From positions 1,096,835 through 1,160,834 of the forward strand of contig NZ_CP021455.1 in assembly GCF_002158865.1 (NCBI RefSeq): DNA of 64,000 nt. Reading direction: 5' to 3'. The notes beneath the pieces are model-generated. The model did not search any database. It saw only the letters and a program-made list of their open reading frames with translations, and was not told where the DNA came from. Both the position numbers and the translations under genes were made by a program. Below are positions 62,809 to 64,000 of this stretch, piece after piece. The stretch is from Comamonas serinivorans. Lineage in GTDB: Bacteria; Pseudomonadota; Gammaproteobacteria; Burkholderiales; Burkholderiaceae_C. Each line of letters starts with the position of its first letter. Positions within the stretch are counted from its first letter, which is position 1.

Positions 62809-63246
62809 ATGAACCAGGCATCCCTTCGCAGCGCATCGAGCGGCGGCTCCGCCGCCGCGATGCCGGCTCGCCGTCAGCGGCTGGCCGGCTGGCTGCTGCT
62901 GGCCTTGCTGTGCCTGATGCCGCTGCAATTCAGTTGGGCGGCCGTGGCCCGCTATTGCCAGCACGAGGCCGTGGCCCCGGCTCAGCAGCCCCATGCCGGG
63001 CACCACAGCCACGAGCACCGGGCGCAGGTGGCGGGCGTGGTGTCCAGCCTGCCCGATGCGGATTGCCACTACTGCCATGCCTCGGTGGCGCCGTTCGTGA
63101 TCTCGCAGTACGCGCAGCAGGCGCCCAGTGTGCCGCCCCAGCAGCGGCTGCAGTCCCCCAACCCCGCTTTCCCTGGCTGGATTCCGCCCGGCATCGACCG
63201 CCCCAATTGGCCTTGGACCGACCGTTCCGGCATGGCGGAGGCTTGA
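62809..63246 (+). CDS. small His/Cys-rich protein upstream of efflux operon (CzcI/DUF2946-like)
   Basis: Signal/TM then HAGHHSHEH and CHYCH motifs; directly upstream of OMF gene. Confidence 0.5.
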   Translation: MNQASLRSASSGGSAAAMPARRQRLAGWLLLALLCLMPLQFSWAAVARYCQHEAVAPAQQPHAGHHSHEHRAQVAGVVSSLPDADCHYCHASVAPFVISQYAQQAPSVPPQQRLQSPNPAFPGWIPPGIDRPNWPWTDRSGMAEA

Positions 63247-63306
63247 GCTTGCTTTGACCTTGGCCATGTCGGATTCACGTTGGTTCGAGACTGAACGGAG
63301 AATTCG

Positions 63307-64000
63307 ATGGGCAAAGTTCGTGTGCCGCTCGCCTGGTTGGCGTGTGCGGCCTTGGCCGGCAATGCGCTGGCGGATGAGGGTCGGCTGGGGGATGCAGCAC
63401 CCCCTGTGCGAGGCGGGTTGAGCGAGCCCGCCCCTGCGCCCGCGACGGGCGCAGGGCTGGACCTGGCGACGGCGTTGCACCGCGCCGAGGCGCGCAGCCC
63501 CGACATGGCGGCCTCACAGCTGGAGGCGGAGGCGACGCGCCACGAGCTGGCGCAGGCGGGTGTTCGGCCCAACCCTGAACTGGGGGTGGACGTGGAGGAC
63601 GCGAACCGTCGCCAGCGCACGACCACCGTGCTGCTGAGCCAGCGCATGGAGCTGGGCGGCAAGCGCGACGCGCGGGTGCAGGCCGCGCGCAAGGCCAGCG
63701 AGCTGGCCACCGTTCAGACGCAGCAGCAGCGCGTGGAAACGCGTGCGGCGGTGACCCGCGCGTTCTTCGACACCCTGATCGCGCAGGAGCGCGTCCAGCT
63801 GGCGCAAGAGGCCTTGAACCTGGCGCAGCTCGGCGCCGCGGTGGCCGACAAGCGCGTGCAGGCGGGCAAGGTGTCGCCGGTCGAGCTGACCCGGGCCCGT
63901 GTGGCCCAGGCGCAGACGCGCATGGCGCTGACCCAGGCGCAGGGCGAGCTGCAGACCAGCCTGCACGCGCTGCATGCGGCGCTGGGCGGCGACACCCGCG
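63307..64000 (+). CDS. TolC-family outer-membrane efflux protein (CusC/CzcC-like), 5' fragment running off the window
   Basis: Lipoprotein-like signal; OMF repeats; no stop before window end. Confidence 0.8.
   Translation, partial: MGKVRVPLAWLACAALAGNALADEGRLGDAAPPVRGGLSEPAPAPATGAGLDLATALHRAEARSPDMAASQLEAEATRHELAQAGVRPNPELGVDVEDANRRQRTTTVLLSQRMELGGKRDARVQAARKASELATVQTQQQRVETRAAVTRAFFDTLIAQERVQLAQEALNLAQLGAAVADKRVQAGKVSPVELTRARVAQAQTRMALTQAQGELQTSLHALHAALGGDTR

Overview
High-GC (~68-70%) betaproteobacterial (Burkholderiales/Comamonadaceae-like) chromosomal segment with about 60 protein genes, mostly housekeeping. Recognisable genes include the rep/uvrD 3' end, hisD, a split metH preceded by a candidate SAH riboswitch, lysA, purU, bfr, ugd, rluE, a Maf/RsmI-like pair, a DEAD-box helicase and a TctC-type binding protein. 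There is an LPS/lipid-A galacturonic-acid modification cluster (GT2 + GT39 + UDP-GlcA epimerase + Ugd), two cidA/lrgB-type pairs, and the start of a cusRS-cusC heavy-metal cluster. Two things stand out. (1) An RtcR locus (CARF + sigma54 activator) has no RtcB ligase. A near-consensus sigma54 promoter (36026-36041) is followed directly by a tRNA-like cloverleaf closed by a 16-19 bp perfect helix (36056-36149, Y-RNA/YrlA-like). Downstream come a ~965-aa protein of unknown function, a ~247-aa unknown protein, and RtcA. A second sigma54-like promoter and a second element with a canonical tRNA T-arm lie divergently upstream of rtcR. (2) A very dense family (>=21 copies in 64 kb) of ~52-56 bp nested-palindrome repeats (5' ..AGTATGG.. 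inner CCGTT/AACGG hairpin ..AATGG.. CCATACT.. 3') sits mostly right after stop codons. One copy is in frame inside a membrane-protein gene, and others overlap start or stop codons. Coordinates of small elements are approximate (+/- a few nt). Family assignments are from motif recognition by eye, not from database searches.
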